64,000 bases of DNA from Lama glama (lineage: Eukaryota): assembly GCA_028534125.1 (NCBI GenBank), contig CM052817.1:76634001-76698000 (forward strand), in the 5' to 3' direction. Shown piece after piece: positions 24,640-37,047 of this stretch (positions are counted from its first letter, which is position 1; every line of letters begins with the position of its first letter). The translations under genes and the position numbers were made by a program. The notes under the pieces are model-generated. The model was not told the DNA's origin. It was given only the letters and a program-made list of their open reading frames with translations, and did no database searches.

Positions 24640-27600
24640 TAACAATTAGGAAAGTGGAGATACCAACCCAACCACTGGCTCCACGAACACTCCACCTCAC
24701 CTGTCACTCAGACATCAGATGCCATGACTGGTGGCCTCAGCATCACACTGGCCAGGCTATTCCTGCCGCCAGAAGGAGTGGCCCACGTAGCCACTGGTCC
24801 CCTGTCATGACTAGATTCCAAACCCAAGTCTTGTGTAACAGATCTGATTGATGGAATACAAGTCACACATATGGAACCCTAGTTACAAAGTACCTGGCAT
24901 TTACCTTGTCAGGATATGTGGTACAAGATGACCCTCCAGAAGTGGGTCAGGATGGGTGAGGACCCACCTAACCTACGTGCCACACTTCACATCTCTGGTG
25001 ACTTTGCAGGACTCACAGACTTCTTCCTGTACCTAATGTGTACCACGCTAGTAATAACACGTTCCAGCTTAAAATACCACAGCCAGACTGCATAAAATAA
25101 CATCTTCACACTCTTTCCAAAAGGAAAGACCCAATTTCCCAATCATGGCATTCATCTCTGAATAATATTCATTGCCCTGGCTTCAGTCACAGTCTCCTCT
25201 TAATACCTCTAACCTGTGGGCCCAACTATAAGTTTACACAGCACGTACATGTAGCATATGCTCTTGATAGAAAGAGTCTATATTACACCACATCTCTCTC
25301 TTTTTCTCACAAACATAAATAAGCACACACACACTCAGAGGAGGGAGAGAAGGAAGGAAGCAGGGAGACAGACAGACAGGTGGCCATCACACTCCTATAC
25401 ACTTATTTCTTCACTCTGTCGCAAGGCTACAGCTCGTATTTATAACTTGCTTTCTCCATTACAACAGCATGTTCCTCCTTTCCTCCGCTTTAAGTTGGAT
25501 GGACTTCTTGCTTGGTGAAATAAACAAAATATTCATTCCTGAAAAATGTGTCTTAGTGGCCCTGCCTGAATTATTTTGTTAAAGTCTTTCAGTTAACTTT
25601 TATTACTGGATGTGACAATTCTAGGATGTTATAGATCCTACGTTCCAGACATAGTTCCCCTGTCCAGCTGTGTTACAGCAGTTTTTCTTTCCCTGTGCTG
25701 ATCAGGACTAACCACCAGCCAATGCAATGACTGCCCCTTTAATGTTTTCATGACTGGGGGTCATTAGACCTAAGAGTAAAAGCTGTCACTTCCGCACCTG
25801 CCAGGTGAAGTAAATTGCTTCTAATATCTTGGAACGTTTTGATGGATAAAATATTTGTAAATCCTGTTGCCACATGCCAGATGACAGAGGTTATATTGAT
25901 TTGCTCCAAAGACTGTATATGAAACTAAGCACTGAAATTGCCACCTGAAAAACTTACAATAAATGATTGTCATTTCTCTACATTCTATCTTGGGCAAACA
26001 GGCAAGTAAAATGTGGACGCAGGAGGAATAATCAACATTTCCTTTTCCAAGATTTTTACGGTGATATTAATATCTGATTTTCCCCTAAGGAAATATTGAC
26101 TTTGCTGTATTTTTTCAAATTATTAATTCAAAGCTTTCCCTTCCCTACTTTAATAGCCCTAACCCCAGGCATCTGGAAGTCAAATAATAAGTCTACCAAT
26201 TTTGGAGAAAACGGATCACATCCAGGCATGAGGGAAATAAAAAAAAATAGTTTCTGGGAAACACCACACTAAATTTAAAATTGTTCTTAGTCCAAATTTT
26301 ATCACCTAAAACCCCCTAAATAATGCATACTATATTGATCCTCACTAGTCCTCTTAATCACCAAGAACTAGTATTATCTAAAGCCAATATCTATTATCCT
26401 CCCCCGAAGTTCTACATATTTTCCCTTCCCAGGTGCTGATTTTCTTAATAAGACATTGGCAAATTCACTGACAATCAAGAGAAAGATTTATGGCGTGTAC
26501 TCAGGTGTGTACCAGGCCTCCCCAAAGGACTTGAGATTCATAACCTGACAATGATTAGGTAAGAAGAAAAGACTCTCCATCATTGTGACTCCTATCAAGA
26601 CTGTCACAAGATTTGTAGTTCATGATGTTGTATGGATCAAAAAGGACCTTTTAAGATGGCCTATTTACATCCCAAGGATCCCTGGTCAGTTGACCATTCC
26701 AGTTACTACTCCCGTGCCACTACACTGAATAACAATTTTTCCCTTTTTTCTGGTTATTAAGTAGGATTGCTGGCTCCTTTCTTACCAATATCTTTAACAC
26801 CTACATTAAAATTAAGGACCCTATTTCAAAAATTTATGACAAAGGAGCCAAGAATAAACAATGGGAAAGGATAGTCACCTTAATAAATGGTATTGGGAAA
26901 ACTGGACAACCACATGCAAAACAATAAAACACAGCAACTATTTTACACCACACATAAGAATTAACTCAAAATAGATTAAAGACTTGAACATAAGACCTGA
27001 AACCATTAAACTAAAAACAAAATATAAGCAATCCAAATACAGCAATACACTATAAGTGCATAATGATCAATCAGTTTTTATTGGGAATAGATGTATAATT
27101 TAATTTAAGAGGTCTCCTTATGAGACTCAGTAAATTCAAATGTTGAGAGAAAAAAAGCCACATGATTATTGGAATTTATACAGAAAAAAATCATTTGGTA
27201 ATTATCCTAGCAAAATAGGAACAGAAGAGAACTTCTTTTAATCTGAAAAATGTATCAATAAAAAAAAACACAGCAAATATCCTATTTATGGATAAAATAT
27301 TAAAAGCACTCCACTTAAAATCAGGAAATAAGGATACTTAATACCTACATTTTTATTCAACACTATACCAAAGACACTGGCCATATAGGATAAGAAAAGA
27401 GAAGTAAAATGTAATTATTGAAACGCGAAAAAAAATTAAAAAACCCTAAAATTGGAGAAAATGTGATTACCTACACAGAAAATATAAGAGGTACTGCCAT
27501 TAAAACAAAATAGTGGTATACCCAACCTTTACTGCTACCATTACAGCCTTCTTTGAGGATGCAACTGCTTCCCTTTACCATGTATTCTCGATGCCTTGGT

Positions 27601-29320
27601 GAAAGAAGTACTTTCTGAAAATCGTCTTGGAAGTGGTTGAGGAAGTAACTCTTGATGAGTCCACTGCACCACCCCATCTACCTAATTTATTTAGTCCTTT
27701 AATGTCCATTACATCTAAGACTGCCCTGTCTTCTCAACTCATTCTTTGTAAGCCATCACCGAGTTCTGGATTTCCCTTAACAACCATACAGATCAAATTG
27801 CTCCTCCATGATCAATTTTGCAAACCGAACCCAGAGTCACTGGTCAGCACATTTCATTACAAATTAGTCCCACCTAGATCACATCCTCCCCCTTCCTTAT
27901 CTAGCACTTAATTTCCACACCTATTTCCCAGGATTAATATAAATTGGGAAGTCTTGAAACTCCATTGGCATTGCAACACTTTTCCTCCTGAATTTGACTT
28001 TGTATTAAACCCATGGGACATGCAGGGATCTGTGTCTAGTAATAGGTCAAGAGATAATAACTGCTTGGAAAGGTACAGTACAGTAACATTTCCTTGCAAG
28101 ATAATGACCTGCTGTGTGAGCGTAACAGGAGCTCCGTAGAAAACAGGGTCAGCTTCATATGACAGGGAGAAAGTATGTTTCTGCTACAATCAGAGATACA
28201 TGAGGACATTCTGGAATCAGAGCCCTTAGAATTGTCTAAACCCTCCAATCGGAAGCATCCTACTGTTTCCTAATTAATGCCTTAATCTTTACACAACAAA
28301 TATGACATTGCTACGAATTTAACCCATCTGGTGCTTTAGGTGTCAACAAAACCATACATCTGCTTTTAGATAGAGGAGACACAGAGCTTCAGTAAGTATA
28401 CTTTAAAAGAGATCACAGGAAGTACCTCATTCTCTGAGATGACGTGAGCTGTGTGAACTCTAACTCTGTTGCTTTCTTTCTCAAAAACTTCAATACATTG
28501 AGAAGCAGACACCTCACCCAGAAATAATATTGTTCTATGATAGGTCCCACGTGGCCTACCAAAATCAGGCACTAGTCACTTTGTTTCAAATGACTACAGG
28601 TGATCATTTCAGTAACTTTTGTCACAGCAAGAGACTACCAGCAACCTCCCTTCCAAGATCGGTACTTCATCGGGACACAACTAAGTCACATAATGTCTTG
28701 ATTTGCCAGATCCCAAACCTTGAAGAAACATGGCTTATAACCAATTCCATGACAAGACTGTTAAACAGATCTCAGTTGCAGATGACAAAAATGTCTCAAA
28801 CTATTTTAAGGAGAATGAGCTACTTAAATACAAAGATGTTAAAAGAACTTGATGAGCATGCCCTAATCTCTGCCTCTAGGAATGACTCCTAGAATGACAT
28901 GACTGAACCGTGCTTATAAGGAAACTGATTTTCTATTAAAATCAGGAATATGGGCATCATCAAAATAATATCAAAGGACTGAGCTCCACGAGCAAGATCA
29001 GAAAGTTACTGTTAGAGCCGTCAGCTCTAGTTTACAGTTTACTCAAAGATCTGAACAAGCAAAATGAATCTCACAAACTACTGAGTGTTCCCCTACTTAG
29101 TGCCAAAATCAAGTATGTGAGTAAATCTTATTGGCAGAATCTCAGCTTTAACTAGAATCTTTGCTGCAAGCTTGGAACACAGTCTTTTTTTTTTTTTTGA
29201 TAGTCTCCACACTAATGGTAAATACAATAGCAGATATTGTACCATATTCTTGATCAAGACAGCCTCCTGAAATCTACAATCACCGGCAATCTAGAGTCAG
29301 CTGAAGCCATGACCCTGCCA
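24640..29320 (-). mobile_element. Near-complete ancient MaLR/ERVL-like provirus: LTR about 24640-24984, internal 24985-29110, LTR remnant 29111-29320
   Basis: Internal start motif (rc gattttggcactaagtagggg) at 29090-29110, gag-like rc gtgacaaaagttactgaaatgatcacctgtagtc near 28600 (cf. VAKQLLKLSPVV), MLT1-like left LTR. Confidence 0.55.
26820..27490 (+). mobile_element. L1 ORF2 fragments inserted in the MaLR internal region
   Basis: gacaaaggagccaagaataaacaatgggaaagg...aaatggtattgggaaaactggac...gattaaagacttgaacataagacctgaaac is L1 ORF2. Confidence 0.85.
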
Positions 29321-29324
29321 CTTT

Positions 29325-29750
29325 TTTTCATTTGTGTGTTTGTGTGTATATAACTGAAGTACAGTTTGCAGTGTTGTGTTAATTTCTGGTGTATGCACAA
29401 TGCTTCAGTCATACGTGAACATACATATATTCATTTTCATATTTTTTCACAAGTTACAAGATATTGAATATAGCTCCCTGTGCTATACAGTATGAACTTG
29501 TTTATCTATTTTACACATATTAGTTAGATCCACAAACCTCGAACTCCCAATTTATTCCTTCTCATCCCTTTCCTGCCCCCATTAAGTTTGTTTTCTATGT
29601 TATTGAGTCTGTTTCTGTTTTGTAAATAAGTTCGTTTGGCTTTTTCTTTTTTAGATTCCACTTATAAGTGATACCATATGGTATTTTTCTTTTTCTGCTT
29701 ACTTCACTTAGAATGACAATCTCCAGCTTCATCTGTGTTGTTGCAAATGG
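29325..29750 (-). mobile_element. Artiodactyl-type L1 3' end
   Basis: Reversed L1 3' UTR (ttagattccacttataagtgataccatatggtattt...cacttagaatgacaatctccag); flanks cctgccactt / cctgtcattt. Confidence 0.88.
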
Positions 29751-30599
29751 CCTGTCATTTAAACAGAAGTGCTAAGGATTGGAGGATGGTGAGGACTAAT
29801 GAGTCACATATCTGGGTTCAAGTCATGGCATTTCCGCACACAAATAATTTTATTCTAAGCAGATCCCTTCCCCTCTCTGCCACTGTTTTATTTTCACATG
29901 TAATATTAATTATTTAGATAAGGCAATTTTTAAAGTTTCTAACTTGTGTTTTAACATATTCTAGCATTTTGGGAACATCTGCTACAAAGAAAAGTTCTGG
30001 GATTTAGAGGTTTTCTATTCTTTACAACACATTTGTTTTAGCCTGTGGAGGAAGATTAGAGAATGTGTGTGTGTATTAGTAAGGAAATGGTCAATTTATT
30101 AAAATTCAGTAAGAGCAGCATAAACATTAGGCTATAAATTTCAAAAAGCTACAAGGAAGAAAAATAAGAGAGAGAAAGTATTATTATACCTCAGAAAATG
30201 AAGCAGTTGCCTAGAGCTAAGGGGGGAAAAATGCATCTAGACACAAGGGACAAGCTCTATCAAATAACTAACTTTAAATACAAAGGTTTTATGCCAAAAT
30301 ACATTATTAGGAACACAGTAAAGAAAATATTGTAGGAAATGCCGTTAAAGGCTTTGGGTGTAGGGACAACCTATATCCTTATTTTTTTTTAAATTTTCTA
30401 ATCTCCGTCTCTTAGTGCTCTGCTTGTGAAATACTTTATAACAATAATCATGCAACACTTTACTTCTAAGAAGGAAAAAAAGGGAGAAAAAAGGATAAAA
30501 ATAAACTGTCAGAATCATATGCTCCCAATTCACAGAAAATATCAGGGCCAACATGTCATTGATCAGATGGTTCTAATCTTAGGATTTTGGTTCTTCTTA

Positions 30600-30846
30600 G
30601 AAATAAAGAAGAAATTAGGAGAGATTGGGAAAAGGAGGAACGATGAATGTGAGGAAGGGTGGAAGGGGTAAGGGAAGAGGAGGGTAAGGAGGACCAGGAG
30701 CAAAGGGAGAAGGGGAAACATCAGGATAAAAGGGCAGAAGGAAAAAGAGAGAGAGGAAGAAAAAAGTGAAGAAGGTAAGGAGGGGCAATTGGAGAGAGAG
30801 GGGAAGGAGAAGAAGAGCAGGAGACTAGAGAATGAGGAGAAGAAAA
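30600..30846 (+). repeat. Polypurine (GA-rich) low-complexity tract
   Basis: Almost entirely G/A over about 250 bp. Confidence 0.85.
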
Positions 30847-31390
30847 TTTAATAGGGGAAAACAAATCTGACTTCATACGTTAAATCTGTTCCTTTGGCTC
30901 TAACCCTGCGCTCTGTTTCCTGTGCTTAGTCATGCTGGTTCTGCACCTTTTGCAAAAAAAAAAATATATATATATATATATATATTACCTAGAGCCTGAA
31001 ATATACAGGATAGCCCATTCTCAAGGCTCTGACCTTTAAGGGTGTAACATTTTCCCATTCATATAAAGACAAAAAGTTGCAGAATAGAAAATAACATCTG
31101 TCTTGGAGGTTTACAGGAACATCATGACCTGACCAAGATCTACATGGACAGCTACAAGAACAAAGGATTCCAGCACCAAGAAGTTTGCAACAACCAACCA
31201 CACCCCCTCCCCTTTTTTAGTATAAAAAGAGACTGAATTCTGACTTGAGTAAATGTTCTCCAGGACGTTAGTCTATCTTCTCCATCTGCTGGCTTTCCAT
31301 ATAAAGTCATTATTCCTTGCCCCAACACCTCATCTCCCAATTTGCTGGCCTGTCCGTGTGGTGAACAGGACAAGTTTGGATTTGGTAGCA
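30847..31390 (+). mobile_element. ERV1-class solo LTR related to 21151-21676, with an internal A/(TA)n microsatellite
   Basis: Shares the 5' (aggg..aacaaatctga) and 3' (taaagtca.ta..cctt.ccccaaca.ctcatctc...ttgga.t.g.ta.ca) blocks with the 21 kb LTR; TATAAAA near 31221. Confidence 0.85.
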
Positions 31391-33569
31391 GAAACAACAA
31401 TGGTAACAATAACTTCATCATCCACTGGTCCTCAAATTGATGTGAATGTTCAAAATCAGCTGTAATCCTTCTTTTCATTTCAGTGGCTAAATTTCCCCCG
31501 GACATAATGAAAGACTGTCTCTGCTTCCTAAACTCAATTGCCTCTGGTCAGGTTTTAGTGTACCATTAAAATAATTATAGTTGGGAAGATTCTGGAAATA
31601 TGGTGTGTGTGTGAGAGAGAGAAAGCGGGAAGAGGGTGGAGAGAGCAAGACTGAAATTAGTAATACCAAGATAGAACAATTAAGTCATGTGTTCTGAAAT
31701 TATCTTTTGCTATTTATAATTAGAGACTACCATTTTAAAGCTAAAAAGAATTAACTGCTCTTAACTCAGAGTCATTTATCAATATCTATCAAGGCACAAG
31801 TCATACATTTGAAAGAGTCAAATTTTACCATTGATTCCCAGTACACAGATAAATTGGTAAAAGTCAGAACGAGCTAAACTCTACTCACTGTATCTAATGT
31901 AACCAGACGTTCTAGAAATTTCAGTATATGTGGACACAGAAGTGGGGAAAAAAAGCAAAACTGAAAATATTGATTTAGCTATATCGAACTTCAGGGAAGT
32001 GTTACGGAAACCAAGATAAAAAAGGAAATAAATCTAGTCACTCTATGGAATCTTTCAATTTATTTTTAGTTCTCCCTTGACTTGAACAAAATATCACATC
32101 TTCTTGTCAGGAGACTGTCCTGTCTCACACAAACCCCATCATTTCATTCTACTTGTACAAATAAAAATATACCAACTTGTGACAGAAATGAGAATAATGC
32201 TAATTTTTAATATGTTTCTATATATAATCATCCAGACAGGCTATTATTCTAAGGCATTTGCTAGTTGTTATTTTCCTGTTTTCCTACCCTGATGAAGTGA
32301 GTAAGATTAATGAAAGTAAGGCTGTGGCTTCAAGACTCTGAACCATAGAGCTGGCTGTCAATCATGTAGTGAATTTGGTCTTTATCTAATCTTTGTCATT
32401 CAAGTTTCAAATGTATAATCTACATAAAGAAACTCAATGATTACTATGATTATTTTAAATGACAAGTAAAGTATTTCATTTGAATTCTGTGTCAAGATGA
32501 AAATGTCTTAAATTAAGTGCTCATCTCAGGAATTAAAACTGAAAGGACCTCTAACTTCATAATCTGTCCCTTTTATCCATAAGAGGGGAAAATAGTTGAA
32601 AATTGATACCACTTGATATATAATTTTTGACACAAATTTTTTTCCTGCAAAACAGTAATATATATTTCCAGTGTGGGGTTGTTTCCTCGCTCTCTTTTAG
32701 ATACGTTACAGAATAAAAGATAGTGAATTATTTCCCTCCCATGTAAGTATGGATTCAGAGGAAAGTCATCTAAGGCTTACATGTACAAGGACCCACAATA
32801 TTTCCAGCTCACTGGTGTGTATCTCTTATCTTCACAGTTTAGGGAAGCACCTGCGTGAAAGGTAGTAGAATAAAGAAATAAAGAAAGAATAAAAGTAGTA
32901 GAAGCTTTTCCTTTTTCCCCCCTCTTTTTTTTAAAAGATTTATGGAAACTTCCATGAGACACCTCTAGTTACATTTCTTTGGCCAAAATTCTGCCAAATA
33001 CACACATTCAGTTGGAACGGAGTGTTAGAAATGTGCTCACCATTCTGGGTAAATACATGCCTCGCCTCAAATCAGCAGCTCTATCACACTGGAAAAGGAG
33101 TGATAAATACTGAACCATCTGCATTTCTCTAACGTATTTTCTCTTCATTCTCTTTTCCTTCTGGATGAACATTGTTTTTATTTCCCCTTTTTCCCAATTA
33201 CGATCTTTAACTGTCTAAACCCATATTCTCTGTTGACAGAAGAAAACAGGAAAGCCCATGGCATTTTATGAAATTCTCTAATATTAGTACTTTTCTGTGG
33301 CAGATTTTTAAAGAGATGATATTACCTCTAATGCTCCTAAATACATACTTTAATTTTTCCATGTATATGTATTTTATTAGTTGTAGGAATGAGACCAAAT
33401 CCAGCTCTTGTAAAGTGATAAAAAATGTGTTGCCTTTCAACAGGCAATCTTTACACACAGTCTTGTGTATTACAACTGCTGAAGCACTTCAGGATGAGGT
33501 GTTACTTGGTAGACTGTATTCCTCAAAAATACTGTTTCCTAACTTGGTGGAGTATTATTACTTTTCTGT

Positions 33570-33845
33570 TGCACAGACTCTAGCCTGGCTAGATGACTTG
33601 CTTTCATGAGAAAGTTTAGTGGAAGTAACAGGTGTCACTTCTGAGCAGACACCTTAGAAATCAGTACATGATTCACCATGTTCTCTCTGACTCTGCAAGG
33701 CCACCAGCATTGTCCAGATGGGGGTGACACCATCTGCGTGGACCTGAACAAAGACGATGAGGCGCAGGATTGCATTTGACCCGGGAGCAAATGTAAAGGA
33801 CAGTTCTGTTTATTCTTCCATCATTTTGCCCATCCTAACTTTCAA
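33570..33845 (+). mobile_element. MLT1I/J-like LTR fragment
   Basis: gacttgcttt...gtggaagtaacaggtgtcacttctgagcag...tgattcaccatgttctct. Confidence 0.6.
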
Positions 33846-33899
33846 AATCATTGTGTCTCAGTTTCAGGATTTCTCAAACCCACTAGTCTTGTCAACCAA

Positions 33900-34420
33900 C
33901 CAAAATCTGGCTTTTTATTGAAAACCTTCCACTGCTTTCTCCAATACAGAATAAAATCTAAATACCTTAATTTAGCCAACAAATAATTTGGTTGCCAGTC
34001 TATGCTCTGCCATGCCATTTGGTAAAATCATTCCCCACAACCACTGCACTCTGACCTTCACGAGACTTCTTTCTGTGCCTTAAAAAACAATCAAGCTAAT
34101 CTGAAGCTCATAACCCTTGCAACAGTTACCTCTTCTGCCTAAAGGCCAGCTTCCCTGATTTGAGTACATCATCCTGTTGCTTGGGTCTCATCACAAATGT
34201 ACTGGGCACATGTATCTAAAGCACCCCCCTTCTCTTGGGAACTCAATCCCATAACCCTCTTTCCTTCATGCCACCAACATTTTGTTTAACTTGTGGTTTA
34301 CTCTGTAGTTTCATATCTCTTCTCACCAATCTCTAAGCAATGTGAAGGAAAATGACATTTATTGCCTGGAATAAAGTGGGTAAGCTGTAAACGCTTGTTG
34401 GATAAATGGTTGAGATGAGA
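33900..34420 (+). mobile_element. L2 3' fragment
   Basis: aaaaccttccactgcttt...cagaataaaatctaaatacctt...aaacgcttgttggataaatg. Confidence 0.65.
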
Positions 34421-35329
34421 TATGATACCATTTGCATGAGATGAGTCTGACGAGAAACTCCTACTATTAATTCAGAAGAAAAAGAAAGAATATCAAGGCA
34501 ATTTCTATCATTCGCTGAATTTCCAAGGTTCAAAAAGCTTTCCAAAGCTTTTCAGAGTAAGGCTTTAAAAAGATCATCACTTGGATGAGTCTAGTATAAT
34601 TTTCTCCAACTATATCATCATCTATAAATGTTCAGGCACAGATTAAAGTAGATGATACTTCTACCGTTGTGCAGCAATTGAAAGTTCATGTTTACAGTAC
34701 GCTTGGAACTTTCCAATGTTAAGGAACATTATGAGTTAGAACTGTGATCAAATTCAGCAGTCAAAACTCATACGGGTTAAATGGAGGCAGTTCACACAGA
34801 GGCATCCACAAGGAAGCATGATTTGTTCTCAGCATCCTGAGAGTCTACATCCGGTCTCTCAATATGCAATAAAAAAAAATGCCCTCTTTTCAATGTATAA
34901 TGACAAATGAGAAGATTTAAATTCAGCTGACAACATGAAGGCTGGTGTTCAAACAGCAAACTCTTGTTTGATCCAGTGATAATTTAGACTGTGGCTCTTC
35001 AATAATGGGGCCTCTGTGATTAATGAAAACGATTTTAAGAAAAAATATTCTCTTAGTTCTCTAAGAGAATCTACCTGAAAGGACTGTTTTATCACACAAA
35101 ATTTTATATGATAGGAAGATTTATATTTAGAATTAAATACATCAAGCTAGTTGCAACTTCTGGAGACAATGCATGTTTGTAACCTTATTTCTTCACTGAG
35201 TTTCACATGATTTTCACATAGTTAACAGTGATAAATGTTAATTAAATAATATATTAATGATGACTTTTTCAGTTTTGTCCCTAACTTTTCTACTAGCCCA
35301 ATTTTTCTGTCATCAGCTGAAGTAACTAA

Positions 35330-36210
35330 ATCCAACAAAATACATGCAAGACTTTTCCAGCTGAAACGGCGTAACATGTCACAAATTCTAACCAAACTGA
35401 CCTACAGAGGTAATGTGATTTCAGTCAAAATCTGAATGGGGTTTTAGTTGGTAAAAAGTGGCCATCCAATTTAACATATGTGTGGAAAGGAAAATAGGAA
35501 AAATAATCTTTAAAAGAACAAAGTTGTAGGATAGGCATTATAAGATTTCAATACTTATTAGAGAGTTATACTTACCATGACACTGTGGTATTGGCATAAA
35601 ATTAGACAAAAATATTAACGGGACAGAGTAGAAAGTCTAGAAAAAACACTCATGTTTACACAGCTCATTGTTTTTCAACCAAAGCACCAAACAAATTCAA
35701 TGATAGAAAATAAAATATGTTTTCAACAGATGATGTGAAACAACAAAATAAATTCGTAGGAAATAAAGTGAACTTCAACCCCCACTTCCTACCATGCACA
35801 ATAATTATCTCACAGTGGATTACAGACATAAAAAAGAAAGCTAAAACTGTAAAGCTTTTAGGAAAAATGTAAAAGAACACCTTTGAGGACTTGGGGTAAG
35901 CAAAATACATTAATGGAAGTGCAAAACGTGCTGTTAAAAATCGCTGATAAACTGGACTTCATCAACATTAAATACTTTAGCTCATCAAAAGATAACATAT
36001 AAGAAATGAAAAGGAAAGCCCGGACAGGAATTTATTTTGGTACAGATCTCTAAGGAATGGCATCCAGAATGTATAATACAGTTTAACAAATTAATCATAA
36101 AAAGACTATTGTCTCATAAAAATTGAGAGAGAGAAGATAAAGTTTATAAAAGAAGATATATGAATGGCCAATCAACTTTTTTTTATTTTAATATCATTAG
36201 TATTCAATTC
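35330..36210 (+). mobile_element. Old L1 ORF2 3' fragment
   Basis: gacactgtggtattggcataaa...ataaactggacttcatcaacattaaa...aagaagatatatgaatggccaat. Confidence 0.85.
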
Positions 36211-36219
36211 AATGCAGGT

Positions 36220-37047
36220 AATTCTGAGTGTTAAAAACTCCAGAGAACCCAGTCGCAGGGGGCCCACACTTCTGTGAGTTTTACTTCTGGGAACCCGACC
36301 AGGTTCTCCCCGTAACCCCCTCCTTGATATGACTGGTGTTCAGGGGTATCCAAATGAAAAACACTGACGTGACTGAGACTGCCCTAACAAGGGAGAAGCT
36401 GAACACACCGAAAAATCAACCCTTCTTGAATCCATAAGAGAAGTTAGGCCACAGGGGAACACGCTGGCCCCCCAAACCGGAGAGGCAGACAGACAGGCGG
36501 ATATGGAGAAACACAACTTACCAGAGCAGAAACTCGAGCCGAAACGCCCGTGGGAGCCAGTGCTGGGCAGGGAAACCTAAGCTGTGGCTCACAAGCTGCT
36601 GGAGGCTCAGCGCAGACAATTCTGGGGTAAAAACTCCAGAGGACCCAGTCACAGCAGGGTCCCCCCACATTTGTGAGTTTTACTTCCAGGAGCCTGGCCA
36701 GGTCTCACAGTAAATATCAGAGAAAACTCCCCTCCTGCCTCCGGCCAGGGAAGCAGGAGAGGAACCACTTCGAACCACGGGAGAGCTCTGCGCGCACACA
36801 CCTGCCCTCAGGAGACGCTGACTGAGCAGAGCCCAGCCCACCTGGGAGAAGGGAGCTACCCAGTCCCAGCCCACGCTAGCAGCCTGTCCGAACTAAGGGG
36901 AGAGAAAAAACTGAGAAACACTCGTGACGTTTACAATCAGAGGCACAGGCTAACAGCTGAGGCCTAGTCACAGGGCCGCTTTCCCTCCCCCACACCGCAC
37001 GGGCACATTATGAAAGGCCCGTTTTCCGCAGCCCCTTTCCCCTCGCA
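36220..37047 (+). mobile_element. L1MC/L1MD-type 5' region, continuing at 39407-39470 after the Tigger1
   Basis: Imperfect ~95-bp direct repeat (36220-36315 vs 36618-36713). Sequence resumes past the Tigger as ta-cataatgactggcaatcaaggaaacgattacaaggcatcctaaaaggcaaaa. Similar to the minus-strand L1 5' region near 62900-63100. Confidence 0.7.

Noticed and set aside
34490..34860. Possible RTE/L4-like RT remnant (PQGSM-like motif near 34805)
   Set aside because: Too decayed to assign by eye; needs an HMM search.
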